A DNA stretch of 64,000 bases from a virus. Positions 38,917-49,143 of this stretch are shown one piece after another. Within the stretch, counting starts at the first letter, position 1. The number at the start of each line of letters is the position of its first letter. A program made the translations under genes and the position numbers. The notes below the pieces were generated by a model. That model was not told the DNA's origin. It searched no databases and worked only from the letters and a program-made list of their open reading frames with translations. The stretch lies in IMG/VR virus record IMGVR_UViG_3300023504_000391, positions 51,299 to 115,298 of that record. One strand, given 5' to 3'.

Positions 38917-39249
38917 GTGAAAACAATACAGTACGATTTTGAGGGAAAAGAAAATGCCATCACGGCAGAACATTTGAAAAAAGGTGAAACCTGTAAGGTA
39001 GTTGGATTTGGTCAGTCAATGACACCAATACTTAAATCAGGTCAACCAGTGATTTGTAAGCCTGTGACAGAAGATACAGAGTTAAAAAAGAATGATATTG
39101 TACTCTGTAAGGTTAAAGGTAATTATTATTTACATAAAATTTCAGCAATCAAAAATGGTGTTAGTTACCAGATTTCAAATAATCATGGTCATGTCAATGG
39201 TACAATTACAAGAAGCAATATCTTTGGTATTGTTGTTGAAATTCTTTAA
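38917..39249 (+). CDS. hypothetical protein with an S24/LexA-peptidase-like beta fold but no HTH (GTG start)
   Basis: ..GFGQSMTPILKSGQPVICKP....KKNDIVLCKVKGNYYLHKI.. resembles the GDSMxP...GD.V.V core of S24 peptidases. Confidence 0.4.
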   Translation: MKTIQYDFEGKENAITAEHLKKGETCKVVGFGQSMTPILKSGQPVICKPVTEDTELKKNDIVLCKVKGNYYLHKISAIKNGVSYQISNNHGHVNGTITRSNIFGIVVEIL

Positions 39250-39362
39250 GACTCATTCGAGTTACAATTTCCAATAAAAATGAAAATCGAATAGAGAATA
39301 AATTATAGAAAGGATATAGGTTTTCTTGCAAGATAAACAACGTTGTACCTTTCTAAAGAAAA

Positions 39363-39883
39363 ATGATTAATAGTAAAGAAGTTTTATATAGTAAAGGAAA
39401 TAATGATGAATGTATAACTCCTGCTTATGGAGTAGAGCCTATTATCAAATATATCCCTAATGGGGGGTAATTTGGTGTCCTTTTGATAAGGAAGATAGTG
39501 AATTTGTGAAGCTAATAAGGAAAGCAGGACATAAAGTAATTGCTACTCATATTGACAACGGACAAGATTTTTATACATATGAACCTAATGAACATTGGGA
39601 TTGTATTGTAAGTAATCCACCGTTTACTAATAAAAGATTAATTTTTGAGAGAGCATTGAGTTTTAACAAACCTTTTGCGTTGATAATGAGTAATACTTGG
39701 CTAAATGATTCTGCTCCTAAACAGTTGTTTAAAGATAAAGATTTACAACTTTTGATGTTTGATAAGAGAATGAAATTTATGAACAATGGAGAAGTTCAAA
39801 ACAAAATAACATTTAGTAGCAGTTATTATTGCTGGAATTTTTTACCTAAACAGATAATTATGGGAGAATTAAAAGACAAATAA
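39363..39883 (+). pseudogene. small N6-adenine DNA methyltransferase interrupted by a 1-nt frameshift at a G6 homopolymer (39462-39467); pieces 39363..39470 and about 39465..39883
   Basis: Upstream piece ..ITPAYGVEPIIKYIPNGG* ; the next frame continues VIWCPFDKEDSEFVK...HWDCIVSNPPFTNKRL (motif IV NPPF). One extra G restores a single roughly 173-aa ORF. Confidence 0.7.
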
Positions 39884-39964
39884 TTGAAAATCGAATAGAG
39901 AATGAGTAACTGAAAGCAGTTCAGTGGATTTCACTGTTTCATGTGGATTTTGAGGAGGTGAGAA

Positions 39965-40396
39965 ATGGATACACAGCTATGTAAAGCAAAATTGCTAAAT
40001 TCTAACACATGGGTTACAGGATTTTATGCGAGTAAACAAGAGACTACATATTGTTTTAAAGAAGATTATGATAGAAATCCTGTTCAGACACATCATTATA
40101 TCATCTGTGATGAGATGACAGATTGGGGATTACCAAATGTGTTTAGAGAATATGAAATAGATCCAAAGACATTGTGTAGATGTACAGGCAGCCATGATAA
40201 GAATGGTAAGTTAATCTTTGAAAACGACATTCTAAACGGAGAATTATATAATGTAGTCTCTTATGGAAATGGTGAGAATGAATTTCTCGGAATGAATGTT
40301 GGTTGGTATGTTCAGAGAGATAACTTTGAATCATGGTGTGAATTAAATGATTTAGAAATGTATGAAGTAACAGGAAATATCCTAGAGAATATCTAA
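39965..40396 (+). CDS. YopX-family phage protein
   Basis: ..WVTGFY.. and C-terminal ..YEVTGNILENI matches the YopX signature; TGAGGAGGTG RBS. Confidence 0.75.
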   Translation: MDTQLCKAKLLNSNTWVTGFYASKQETTYCFKEDYDRNPVQTHHYIICDEMTDWGLPNVFREYEIDPKTLCRCTGSHDKNGKLIFENDILNGELYNVVSYGNGENEFLGMNVGWYVQRDNFESWCELNDLEMYEVTGNILENI

Positions 40397-40614
40397 TCAG
40401 TCTTGAACAATTCAGTTCAAAAATTCCAAAAATCAAAGCTGAATAGAGAATATAAATATGGGTGGAAGAACAGCATACCCTTGGGTTTGTATACCCAAAA
40501 ATCACTGATTATACATAGATGTTTACATAAATTAACTTCTGTGTTCCAGTCGCAAGACTGTTTAAATATAGTTATCAAAAAATTTTATTACATATTATAA
40601 GGAGGATTCATTTA

Positions 40615-41826
40615 ATGAATTTTGAAATGACAGGAAAGTTAAGCATTAGTAAGGAGAGTGACAAGTTTCATCCTTATCAGGAGAAACAGTTTGACTCTGG
40701 TTGGATTCGTAAGCAGTTAATGTTCAATGTTGCTTGTGGTGACAACAGACATATGCTTACTGTTACATCTGGTGCTTTCGCAGATGGACATGGTGATGTG
40801 TACACATTTTCTAAGAGTGGTGTAGATGAAGATGGTAATAAGGTTAAGGGAGAGTCATTAAAGATTCCATTCAAAGAGAGACTTATTTCTCCAAAATTAG
40901 CAGAGGTTGCCGAATTCAAGAAGTTTATCTTTGATCTTGAGAAGCCTGGTCGTAGATATAAGCTTGAGAAAGCTGCTGAAAAGGTTAAGGAAGGTACGAG
41001 TCTTACAGATGAAGAGTTAAAAGAGATTAGTCTTGAGAACGAAACAGATGTAAATGCCGAACTTGAAAAGAGTAATAAGAGAAGACATGAGTTCATTTCT
41101 GAGTGGGATTTTATTGATTTCATCAAAAAGGTAATTGATAGTGGAAAGTATTCTGATAAGAAATTCTTTATTCGTGGAAATGGAGAATATCAGTATTCAG
41201 ATAAAAACGAGAGAGTATATGAATCTTATGTCCCTAATCGTATTTATCTTGCAGCAGATGATGCAGAAGAGTCATCTACAGCTACAATTAATATCTTATT
41301 TAACTCAGAGAGTTTAGATGATATGAGTGTAGAAGAAAAGGGTAAATATTATGTGAATGGTTATATGATGGAGTATGACAATAATCGTAAGGGTAATATT
41401 CCTGTACCAGTTACAATTACAATTCCAGTTCCTTCAGATGATACAGATGAAAAGGCTAAGAAGAGAGCTGAGTCAATCAAGCATAAATTTATTGTTAATG
41501 ATGATACATTCAAGGAATATGGTGCAGTCGTTAATATGCTTAATGGTGCTCAGAAGACAGAGATTACAGAAGATATGCTTACTGACGAACAGAGAGATGA
41601 TTTAGAGTGCGGATTAATTACTATGGATGATATTCGTGCAGAGCTTGGTGAAAGTGTATATGGTGAAAGAATTAGAGAGTATCAGTTCTTGAAACCAGCA
41701 AGAGGATTTACTCGTGGGCGTGTTGATACGGTGTATTCAGCAGATGACATGATTATCAACCCACTCGAAGAGGAACTTCCAGATGGTACAGAAGATTTAT
41801 TTGAAGATGATGATGACGAGCTTTAA
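40615..41826 (+). CDS. putative single-stranded DNA-binding protein with an SSB-like acidic C-terminal tail
   Basis: C-terminus EDLFEDDDDEL; sits directly upstream of a Sak4-like ATPase, as is typical for phage Sak4-SSB pairs; ATAAGGAGG RBS. Confidence 0.55.
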   Translation: MNFEMTGKLSISKESDKFHPYQEKQFDSGWIRKQLMFNVACGDNRHMLTVTSGAFADGHGDVYTFSKSGVDEDGNKVKGESLKIPFKERLISPKLAEVAEFKKFIFDLEKPGRRYKLEKAAEKVKEGTSLTDEELKEISLENETDVNAELEKSNKRRHEFISEWDFIDFIKKVIDSGKYSDKKFFIRGNGEYQYSDKNERVYESYVPNRIYLAADDAEESSTATINILFNSESLDDMSVEEKGKYYVNGYMMEYDNNRKGNIPVPVTITIPVPSDDTDEKAKKRAESIKHKFIVNDDTFKEYGAVVNMLNGAQKTEITEDMLTDEQRDDLECGLITMDDIRAELGESVYGERIREYQFLKPARGFTRGRVDTVYSADDMIINPLEEELPDGTEDLFEDDDDEL

Positions 41827-41884
41827 AAGAGATGAGGGCATTTGCCCTCTCTCAAAATTAAATAATAATATGGAGGAATTATAA

Positions 41885-43030
41885 ATGGCAAAATACGGAA
41901 AAAGAAGTTCGATTAGTGAGAAGTTAAATGATTTTACAATTTGTTTACTTGGAGAGGCAGGTATTGGTAAAACATCAACAATTGCCGAGGCTTGTGAAAA
42001 AGAGTTTGGTGCTGACGGTTACATGATTCTTGATATGGGTAAAGAACAAGGTATGGAAGCTCTTGAAGGTTATTCATATGAGACTTGCGAAGATTGGAAG
42101 AAATTTGATGACGTAACTAAGGATATTATTAAAAACAAAGACGCTGATTATCCAGATTTAAAAGTTATTGTTATTGATACTCTCGATCAGTTTGTAGAGA
42201 TTATGACACCATATGTCATTAAGCTTTGGAATACAGAGAATATGGGTAAAAAGAATTTTGAGCCAGCCAAAACCATGAATGCTGCGTGGTCTGGTTTTGG
42301 TAAGGCTGATGATAAGCTTGTTGAGTTAGCACTTAATAGAGTATGGGAGCTCAAGAAGGTTGGTGTAAATACATGGTTTACTGGACATGTTAAGATGAGA
42401 AATAAAGTAGATCCACTTACACAGGAAGAGTATTCAGTTCTCTCAACAGATATTTCTCAGAGAATTTTCGAGGGATTTAAGACAAAATTCCATGTAATCG
42501 GTATTGCTTGTATCGACAGAACTATTGATATTGAGTCAACTGGTAGAAAGAATATTGTTACAAAGAAAGATGTTACTGTTAGCAAGGTTAAGGAAGAGAA
42601 AAGAAAGATTGTATTTAGAGATGATAACTATAGCATTGATAGTAAATCTCGTTTAGCAGCAATCGAGCCAGAGATTCCACTTGATGCTGATGAACTTCTT
42701 AGAGCATTAAAGGATGCTATTAAGAATTCTAAGAAGAAGGCTGGGAATACTCCTAAGAAGACAGTCCCAATTAAGAAAGAAAAGCCAGTAGAGCCAGATC
42801 CAATTGAGGATGATATTGACGACATTGATACACCAATCGAAGAGACAACAGAGGAAGTGGCTGAAATATCTACATATCCAGACGATTTAGATGCTGTTAT
42901 TCGTAAGATGTATAAGGAGTGCAATGATGCAGAACTCAAGGCATCAGTCAAGAATGTAATTGCTGAGTATGGTAAACTCAATGATGTTGATGAGGATGGA
43001 TTAAAAAGAATCTACGATATGATGAATTAG
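41885..43030 (+). CDS. Sak4-like (AAA_24) RecA-fold ATPase, putative recombination/annealing protein
   Basis: Walker A ICLLGEAGIGKTST; Walker B-like VIVIDTLDQ; TATGGAGGAA RBS. Confidence 0.7.
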   Translation: MAKYGKRSSISEKLNDFTICLLGEAGIGKTSTIAEACEKEFGADGYMILDMGKEQGMEALEGYSYETCEDWKKFDDVTKDIIKNKDADYPDLKVIVIDTLDQFVEIMTPYVIKLWNTENMGKKNFEPAKTMNAAWSGFGKADDKLVELALNRVWELKKVGVNTWFTGHVKMRNKVDPLTQEEYSVLSTDISQRIFEGFKTKFHVIGIACIDRTIDIESTGRKNIVTKKDVTVSKVKEEKRKIVFRDDNYSIDSKSRLAAIEPEIPLDADELLRALKDAIKNSKKKAGNTPKKTVPIKKEKPVEPDPIEDDIDDIDTPIEETTEEVAEISTYPDDLDAVIRKMYKECNDAELKASVKNVIAEYGKLNDVDEDGLKRIYDMMN

Positions 43031-43043
43031 TGAGGTATAGCAC

Positions 43044-43523
43044 ATGCTGGTAAAATGCAGACTGTGCGGTACTAAGGTAGATAGAAATGAAGCATTCAAA
43101 GTAGTAGTAGGTGGTAAAAACACTTACTATTGCAACGAAGCTGAATATCAAAAAGTATTGCACGAGAGAGAAGTAAAAGATAATACATATGAGTGCATTA
43201 ATCAGATATTTGGATATAAAGTTTTGAATTCCGCTTTGTTCAAAGAGATAAATCTTTTATTAGATGTGTATTCTTATGAACATATTTTGGCATATCTAAC
43301 AGAGAATAAAGAGTATATAACAAGGGTTCTTGAAAAGGATTTTGTAAGTGAATATGCAAAGATTCGATACTTCTCTGCAATACTGAAAAATAATATTGCT
43401 GATTTTAAGATGAAAGAACCTGAAAATCATAAAGAGGTGGATATAGATATGCCAATTATGAATTATAAGAGAAGAAATAAACGTAGGAGTTTATCTGAAA
43501 TTGAAGAAAGTGTAGGTGATTGA
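43044..43523 (+). CDS. hypothetical zinc-finger protein (possible helicase loader/accessory)
   Basis: CRLCGTK...YYCNEAEYQK N-terminal motif; between the Sak4-like and DnaB-like genes. Confidence 0.55.
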   Translation: MLVKCRLCGTKVDRNEAFKVVVGGKNTYYCNEAEYQKVLHEREVKDNTYECINQIFGYKVLNSALFKEINLLLDVYSYEHILAYLTENKEYITRVLEKDFVSEYAKIRYFSAILKNNIADFKMKEPENHKEVDIDMPIMNYKRRNKRRSLSEIEESVGD

Positions 43524-45075
43524 CATAAGTGAATTTATTACAGGTGTGAAAGAAAAATATCCTGCTCAATTATTAAAAGGTAGGATTGAAATAGAGGGCA
43601 ATGTCATTAGTTGTTTTTTCAAAGATATGCTTCTACTTGATGATACAACATTTGAGCAGAAAGATTTTGTTACAGCAGATGGTCTTTTTTATTTTTCGTT
43701 ATTGAAAAATTTACGAAAGAAAGGCTTTTACTCTCTTGATGAAATTACCATTCTGTCTAATACGAATCAAGAAGTTATTGAAAAATTTGAGGATAAAGGT
43801 GGTTGGGAAGCAATTCAGCACCAAATTGATATTATCAATACTCAGAATTTTGACACATACATAGATATTCTTTATAGAGAGAATATTATGATGAACATGT
43901 ATAAAGATGGTTTTAATCTTCTGCAAGAAATAACTGTAGGAGATAAAAAGGTAATCCCATTAAAACTATTTAGAAAAATGACTGCTGAAGAAGTCACAGA
44001 TTGGTATGAAGCTCGTATATCCAGTTATGGTACAGGATATAGTAGCAAGATTCTTGAAGAGGAAGAAATAGATTTTGATGATGAATTTATTGAATCTTGT
44101 AAAGATGGTGAAGAGAATGGTGTTCCATTTGATATAGCAGGATATGATAAAAATGGGGAGGAAATGAATTGTTTTCCTTTTCTATCACGACAGATAATGG
44201 GGTTACTTGAAGGGACACTTACTATGATGGGTGGTTTCTCTAGTGCGGGTAAATCTACATGGTGGATTACAGTTCTTATGGCACTTCTGCATTATGACAG
44301 AAAGATTCTTATTATATCCAATGAAGAGAGCATAAAGAAATTTAAGATTAAATTCATGGTTTGGTTATTGGGTAAGCGTAATAGATATTTTAAACTTACT
44401 AAGAAAAAAATGGCTGCTGGTGATATCAATACTGAGAGTAGAGAACAATTATCTGATGTTCAGAAATTTTGGAGAGATAATTATAAAGGAAGAGTCAAAT
44501 TTATTTCTATTAATGATGCTGATATGAGAGTTATTAAGAAAAAAATTCGTGAGAATGTTTTAAGATATGGATATGACACGGTATTATATGACACATTTAA
44601 AATCCAAGAAGGTGACTTTTCAACAACAAGACAAGATATGGCACTTGTAAGAGATAGTCGTGAGTTAGATAAACTTGCAAAAAAATATAATCTTATAATG
44701 CTTGCCTCCGTTCAGTTAGCTGAATACATGAAGGGTAAGTTATTCTTAGACGCTTCAGCATTGAGCAATTCTAAGCAGATCAAAGAGATATTAGAGAATT
44801 TATTCTTAATGAGGACTGTATATGCAGAAGAATTAGATGAGAAGAGTAAATATTATTGTCGTCCATTTAGACTTAAAAGGGTTAATGATAAATGGATAGA
44901 AGAGGAATATAAACCAGATCCGAATGCGGTTTGGAGAGCAATATTTATAGAGAAATGTCGTAGTGGTGCTAATTCAAGCGATAATGGAATTGGATATCTA
45001 TTACGTTACGACGGCGACCATTGTATCTTTAGGGAAGTTGCGCAAGCGAGATTTAAGCATGGAGAGATAAAATAA
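43516..45075 (+). CDS. DnaB-family replicative DNA helicase (start codon uncertain; GTG 43516)
   Basis: Walker A GGFSSAGKST in a RecA-like C-terminal domain; size and architecture of DnaB. Confidence 0.8.
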   Translation: MIDISEFITGVKEKYPAQLLKGRIEIEGNVISCFFKDMLLLDDTTFEQKDFVTADGLFYFSLLKNLRKKGFYSLDEITILSNTNQEVIEKFEDKGGWEAIQHQIDIINTQNFDTYIDILYRENIMMNMYKDGFNLLQEITVGDKKVIPLKLFRKMTAEEVTDWYEARISSYGTGYSSKILEEEEIDFDDEFIESCKDGEENGVPFDIAGYDKNGEEMNCFPFLSRQIMGLLEGTLTMMGGFSSAGKSTWWITVLMALLHYDRKILIISNEESIKKFKIKFMVWLLGKRNRYFKLTKKKMAAGDINTESREQLSDVQKFWRDNYKGRVKFISINDADMRVIKKKIRENVLRYGYDTVLYDTFKIQEGDFSTTRQDMALVRDSRELDKLAKKYNLIMLASVQLAEYMKGKLFLDASALSNSKQIKEILENLFLMRTVYAEELDEKSKYYCRPFRLKRVNDKWIEEEYKPDPNAVWRAIFIEKCRSGANSSDNGIGYLLRYDGDHCIFREVAQARFKHGEIK

Positions 45076-45077
45076 TT

Positions 45078-45824
45078 ATGAAATTACTTGATTTAACGGG
45101 CAATAGATATGGCAGATTAACAGTTATTAAGAGGGCAACAGATAAAGAATATAAGCGTCCTCATTGGCTGTGCAAGTGTGATTGTGGAAATGAGACGATA
45201 GTATCTAGTGCAAATTTATGCGCAGGAACAACTAATTCTTGTGGTTGTTTAAGAAGGGAACTAACAATAGTTCATAATCAAAATATGGGAAAAGCTATTC
45301 GATGTAAAAAACGTAAAGAAAATAAATATGATTTATCAGACGAATATGGTGTTGGATATTTTGAAAATGGCGAAACATTTATTTTTGATTTAGAAGATTT
45401 TGATTTAGTTTCAAGATATTATTGGGTTATACAAAATGGTAATAGAGCATATCGAAGAATAGTAACAACAACTGACGGGAAAATGATTCCTATGCATAAG
45501 ATATTGACTGGTAAAAGTTGTATGGATCACATAAATAGAAACACATTTGATAACAGAAGAAATAATTTGCGTGTCGCCAACTACTCTCAAAATTCACAAA
45601 ATAGGACAAAGCAATCTAACAATACCAGCGGAGTAATTGGTGTAAGTTTCGACAATCAATCAGGAGTTTGGAAAGCTAGAATTAATATTGACAAGCATCA
45701 ATATACCGTATATAGAGGCAATTCGTTTGAAGAAGCTGTGGTTGCTAGGCTTAAAGCGGAGAATAAATATTATGGAGAGTTTGCACCGCAGAAACATTTA
45801 TATGAACAATATGGTGTGAAATAA
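45078..45824 (+). CDS. HNH homing endonuclease with a C-terminal AP2 DNA-binding domain
   Basis: N-terminal GNRYGRLTVI...WLCKCDCG; HNH motif MDHINRNTFDNRRNNLRVAN; AP2-like SGVIGVSFDNQSGVWKARINIDKHQY..RG.FEEAVVAR. Confidence 0.8.
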   Translation: MKLLDLTGNRYGRLTVIKRATDKEYKRPHWLCKCDCGNETIVSSANLCAGTTNSCGCLRRELTIVHNQNMGKAIRCKKRKENKYDLSDEYGVGYFENGETFIFDLEDFDLVSRYYWVIQNGNRAYRRIVTTTDGKMIPMHKILTGKSCMDHINRNTFDNRRNNLRVANYSQNSQNRTKQSNNTSGVIGVSFDNQSGVWKARINIDKHQYTVYRGNSFEEAVVARLKAENKYYGEFAPQKHLYEQYGVK

Positions 45825-45851
45825 AATAACAAATTATGGATGGAGTGATAT

Positions 45852-46880
45852 ATGTTAGCTGATATTAAAAAAGAACTGATAAATCACCCAGATAAGCTAA
45901 AAGATGTTCTTGAACATTTTGGCTATTGTAACATAGTAATTCGTCCCAAATATATTTCATTTGGGCGAGATGAGAAATCTTCAAAGAAAAGTATAGTAAT
46001 TAATCTTGAAAATAATGAATATCTGTACATTATAGATTATGCGAGAAATATAAGAAAAGATATTTTTTCGTATATTATTGACCAAAGAAAAGTTGAATTT
46101 ATAGACGTACTTAATGAAGTAAAACACGTACTAGGTATTACAGATTACTATGATTTCTTTGATAATAGAGGAATTTTTGGAGGATTTTATGAGAAGATTA
46201 GAAAACGAAGAACGAATAAAGTCAATACATATGATGATTCCATCTTAAATTGCTATGTTCATTGTGGGAATACAAAGTTTCTTGCTGATAATATATCACT
46301 TCTTTCACAAAAATTTTTTGGCATAAGATATGATGTAAAATCACAAGGCATTGTTATCCCTATAAGAAATCAGTTTGGACAGCTTATGGGTGTAAAAGAA
46401 CGATTTAATTATGATGTTGCTGATGGTGAGATGAAATATTTTTATGCTGTACCTTGCAGTATGAGTCAAACATTATTTGGTTATTCTCAAAATTATGAAT
46501 TCTTAGTAGATAATACAATCTATATCTTTGAAGCTGAAAAGAGTTGTATGCAATGTTATTCATACGGAATAAGAAATTGTGTATCTCTTGGAAGTGGATC
46601 TATTTCTATTCAACAGGTTAAAATGTTACTCGAATTAAATCCCAAAAAGATAATTTTCTTACATGATGTCGGATATGGCTTAGAAAATATTATGAGAAAT
46701 ATTGGTATGGTAAAGAATTATTCTAGGTTTACAGAGATAGAACTTGGCTATTGGAGTTATTTTGGTCGAGGATATAAAGATAAAGTTTCGCCGTCTGATT
46801 TAGGGAAAGAATGTTTAGAGAATATATTAATGAATGAAATAACAATGATTGGAGATGAAGATGACGAAGACGAATTATAG
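45852..46880 (+). CDS. putative DNA primase (TOPRIM-type)
   Basis: TOPRIM-like ..IYIFEAEKSCMQ.. (Glu) and ..IFLHDVGYG.. (DxD-like); sits between the helicase and RecJ genes; GGAGTG RBS. Confidence 0.55.
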   Translation: MLADIKKELINHPDKLKDVLEHFGYCNIVIRPKYISFGRDEKSSKKSIVINLENNEYLYIIDYARNIRKDIFSYIIDQRKVEFIDVLNEVKHVLGITDYYDFFDNRGIFGGFYEKIRKRRTNKVNTYDDSILNCYVHCGNTKFLADNISLLSQKFFGIRYDVKSQGIVIPIRNQFGQLMGVKERFNYDVADGEMKYFYAVPCSMSQTLFGYSQNYEFLVDNTIYIFEAEKSCMQCYSYGIRNCVSLGSGSISIQQVKMLLELNPKKIIFLHDVGYGLENIMRNIGMVKNYSRFTEIELGYWSYFGRGYKDKVSPSDLGKECLENILMNEITMIGDEDDEDEL

Positions 46881-48465
46881 AATACTAAATGATTGTCGTG
46901 GGATGTATGAGGATGAAGTATTTGATACGATTTTAAGTCAAAGAGGAATTAATGACGTTGAACATTTTTTGACTCCTACAGAAGATGATTTGCTTCCCCT
47001 AGATTCATTACTTCGTATTGACGAAGCATATCAAAGAGTAGATAGAGCGATTGTAAATAATGAGTGTATTGGAATTTTATTTGATACAGATTTAGATGGA
47101 ATTACATCAGGAACAATAATGACTAGGTATTTCAGACATTCTACTGATAACATTAAAACTTATATTGACGAGGGTAAAATGCATGGTTTGATTGGGCAAA
47201 ATTTATCTCAGTTTGAAGACATTGATTTACTTATTATTGTAGATAGTTTGGATAAAGATATATCTCAATATAAGTTATTAAAAGAAATGGGAGTAGATGT
47301 AATTGTACTCGATCATCATGCAATTAAAGAGAAAGAATCATATGATGATTATGTAATTCTTGTATCTTCCCAGAGGAATTATGAAAATACTCAACTATCA
47401 GGTGCAGGTGTTGTGTGGAAGTTTTGTAAATATCTTGATGAACAATATCTTACAGATTATGCAGATGAACTTGTTGATTTAGCCGCATGTGGTCTTGTTG
47501 GAGATATGATGGATATGACTGTTATGGAGAATAGATATATTGTATCTAAGGGATTAGAGAAGATATATAATCCAGCAGTTAAGAAAATTGTTGGTGGCTT
47601 TGAGTTTAATAGTACCGCTATTTCATTCAGCATTGCACCAATTGTCAATGCAAGTAATCGCATGGGTAAAAATGAAATTGCTATGAAAGCATTTTTAGAA
47701 GATGAAAATAAACAAGTTTTAGCCTATGTAAAAGAACTAAAGAAATGTAAGGAAGATCAAAACAAGGAAGTAGATAGACTATTACCAGATATATTACAAC
47801 AATGTAATGCTCAGTCAGATAAGAAGATGATTATTACATATATAGATACACCTTATGGGGTTAGTGGATTACTTGGAAATAAGTTATTGGAAAGGTATCA
47901 AAAACCTATTCTTGTTCTAAAAGACACTAAGGATACATTTTCTGGTTCAATGCGAGCAATTGGGGTAGATGATTTTCGCCAGATTTGTAACGACAGTGGT
48001 TTTGCAAAAGCAGATGGGCATGAATTAGCAAGTGGTATTACTATAAAAAAATCTGACATTGATAAGTTTGTATTATATATAGAAGAAATTCTTCCAGAAT
48101 TGGAATCTGACACCTCTATAGATGTAGATATCCAGATTAATATTTCGGATGTTACTCGCAAGCTTGTGGAGAATATAAAGAAGATAGATAAAATATCTGG
48201 TACAAATTTTAAGCCTGTAAAAGTATTTATTGATGGTATTGATGAATATGAAATCAGTCAAATGAGTGACTATAAACATCTTGTAATAAAACCAAATGAT
48301 TATCTACAAATTATCAAGTGGAATTTTAATGGCTCGTTTGATGAGATGGATGAACATAGTTTAATGAATGATGAGTTACAGGTTGTTGGAACGCTAAATA
48401 GTGGCTGGCTTGGTAAGAAGTTTTCGCTAAAGGTTATATGTGATGAGATTGAGGAGGTGGATTGA
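46849..48465 (+). CDS. RecJ-like DHH-family single-strand DNA exonuclease (start among 46849/46855/46861)
   Basis: DHH motifs ..LFDTDLDGITSG.., ..VIVLDHHA..; DHHA1 ..ADGHELASG.. Confidence 0.8.
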   Translation: MEMKMTKTNYRILNDCRGMYEDEVFDTILSQRGINDVEHFLTPTEDDLLPLDSLLRIDEAYQRVDRAIVNNECIGILFDTDLDGITSGTIMTRYFRHSTDNIKTYIDEGKMHGLIGQNLSQFEDIDLLIIVDSLDKDISQYKLLKEMGVDVIVLDHHAIKEKESYDDYVILVSSQRNYENTQLSGAGVVWKFCKYLDEQYLTDYADELVDLAACGLVGDMMDMTVMENRYIVSKGLEKIYNPAVKKIVGGFEFNSTAISFSIAPIVNASNRMGKNEIAMKAFLEDENKQVLAYVKELKKCKEDQNKEVDRLLPDILQQCNAQSDKKMIITYIDTPYGVSGLLGNKLLERYQKPILVLKDTKDTFSGSMRAIGVDDFRQICNDSGFAKADGHELASGITIKKSDIDKFVLYIEEILPELESDTSIDVDIQINISDVTRKLVENIKKIDKISGTNFKPVKVFIDGIDEYEISQMSDYKHLVIKPNDYLQIIKWNFNGSFDEMDEHSLMNDELQVVGTLNSGWLGKKFSLKVICDEIEEVD

Positions 48466-48468
48466 TAT

Positions 48469-49143
48469 ATGAATAAAAAATATACTTATGAGATTGGTAA
48501 AATATATGGAATCAGAAAACTCCTTAAAGTATTTAAAAATGAAGATGGTGTAGAAATGGCAACGACAGAATGTATTATATGTGGAAATATTAAAACATGT
48601 AAAGCCTATGAAATACATCATGGAAAACATACATCTTGTATTTGTCAATTAAGAAAATATGAAAATAAAAATGAAAAATTATATTCTGTATATGCCAATA
48701 TGAAATATAGATGTTATAACCCTAATATGCATGAATTCCATAATTACGGTGGCAAAGGAGTTGTATTATGCGAAGAATGGCTTGGGGAAAATGGATATGA
48801 AAATTTTTATCTATGGGCAATTAATAATGAATATAAAGATGGTTTAACTATAGATAGAATTGATGAGAATGGCAATTATGAACCTAGTAATTGCCAATGG
48901 ATAACTAAAAGTGAAAACACAGCAAAAGCCAATAAAACTTGTCAACATAGAAAAGCTGATAAAGGAACGTATTATGGAATTGATCCAGATGGAAATATCT
49001 ATAATTTTGACAATGCTAATCAATTTGCTAAAAAACATGATTTACTTGGTAATTGCGTAAGACAAGTTGCTAATCATTCAAAAAAGACACACAAGGGATG
49101 GAAGTTTGGATTTATATCAGAGGAGAATCAATATGCGATATAA
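48469..49143 (+). CDS. HNH homing endonuclease
   Basis: N-terminal YEIGKIYGIRKLL...CIICGN; HNH motif ..TIDRIDENGNYEPSNCQWITKSEN..; GAGGAGGTGG RBS. Confidence 0.75.
   Translation: MNKKYTYEIGKIYGIRKLLKVFKNEDGVEMATTECIICGNIKTCKAYEIHHGKHTSCICQLRKYENKNEKLYSVYANMKYRCYNPNMHEFHNYGGKGVVLCEEWLGENGYENFYLWAINNEYKDGLTIDRIDENGNYEPSNCQWITKSENTAKANKTCQHRKADKGTYYGIDPDGNIYNFDNANQFAKKHDLLGNCVRQVANHSKKTHKGWKFGFISEENQYAI

Noticed and set aside
39281-39903. The 19-bp direct repeats around the methyltransferase as target-site duplications of a transposon
   Set aside because: No transposase or inverted repeats lie between them. The same core, GAATAGAGAAT, recurs at 40440 and in many other intergenic regions. A repeated regulatory unit or recombination-prone motif explains them better than target-site duplications.
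40403-40600. Track ORF 40403..40600 between the YopX and SSB-like genes
   Set aside because: It has no RBS, and it overlaps the intergenic region carrying the GAATAGAGAAT motif and the promoter-like sequence of the next gene. It is probably non-coding.
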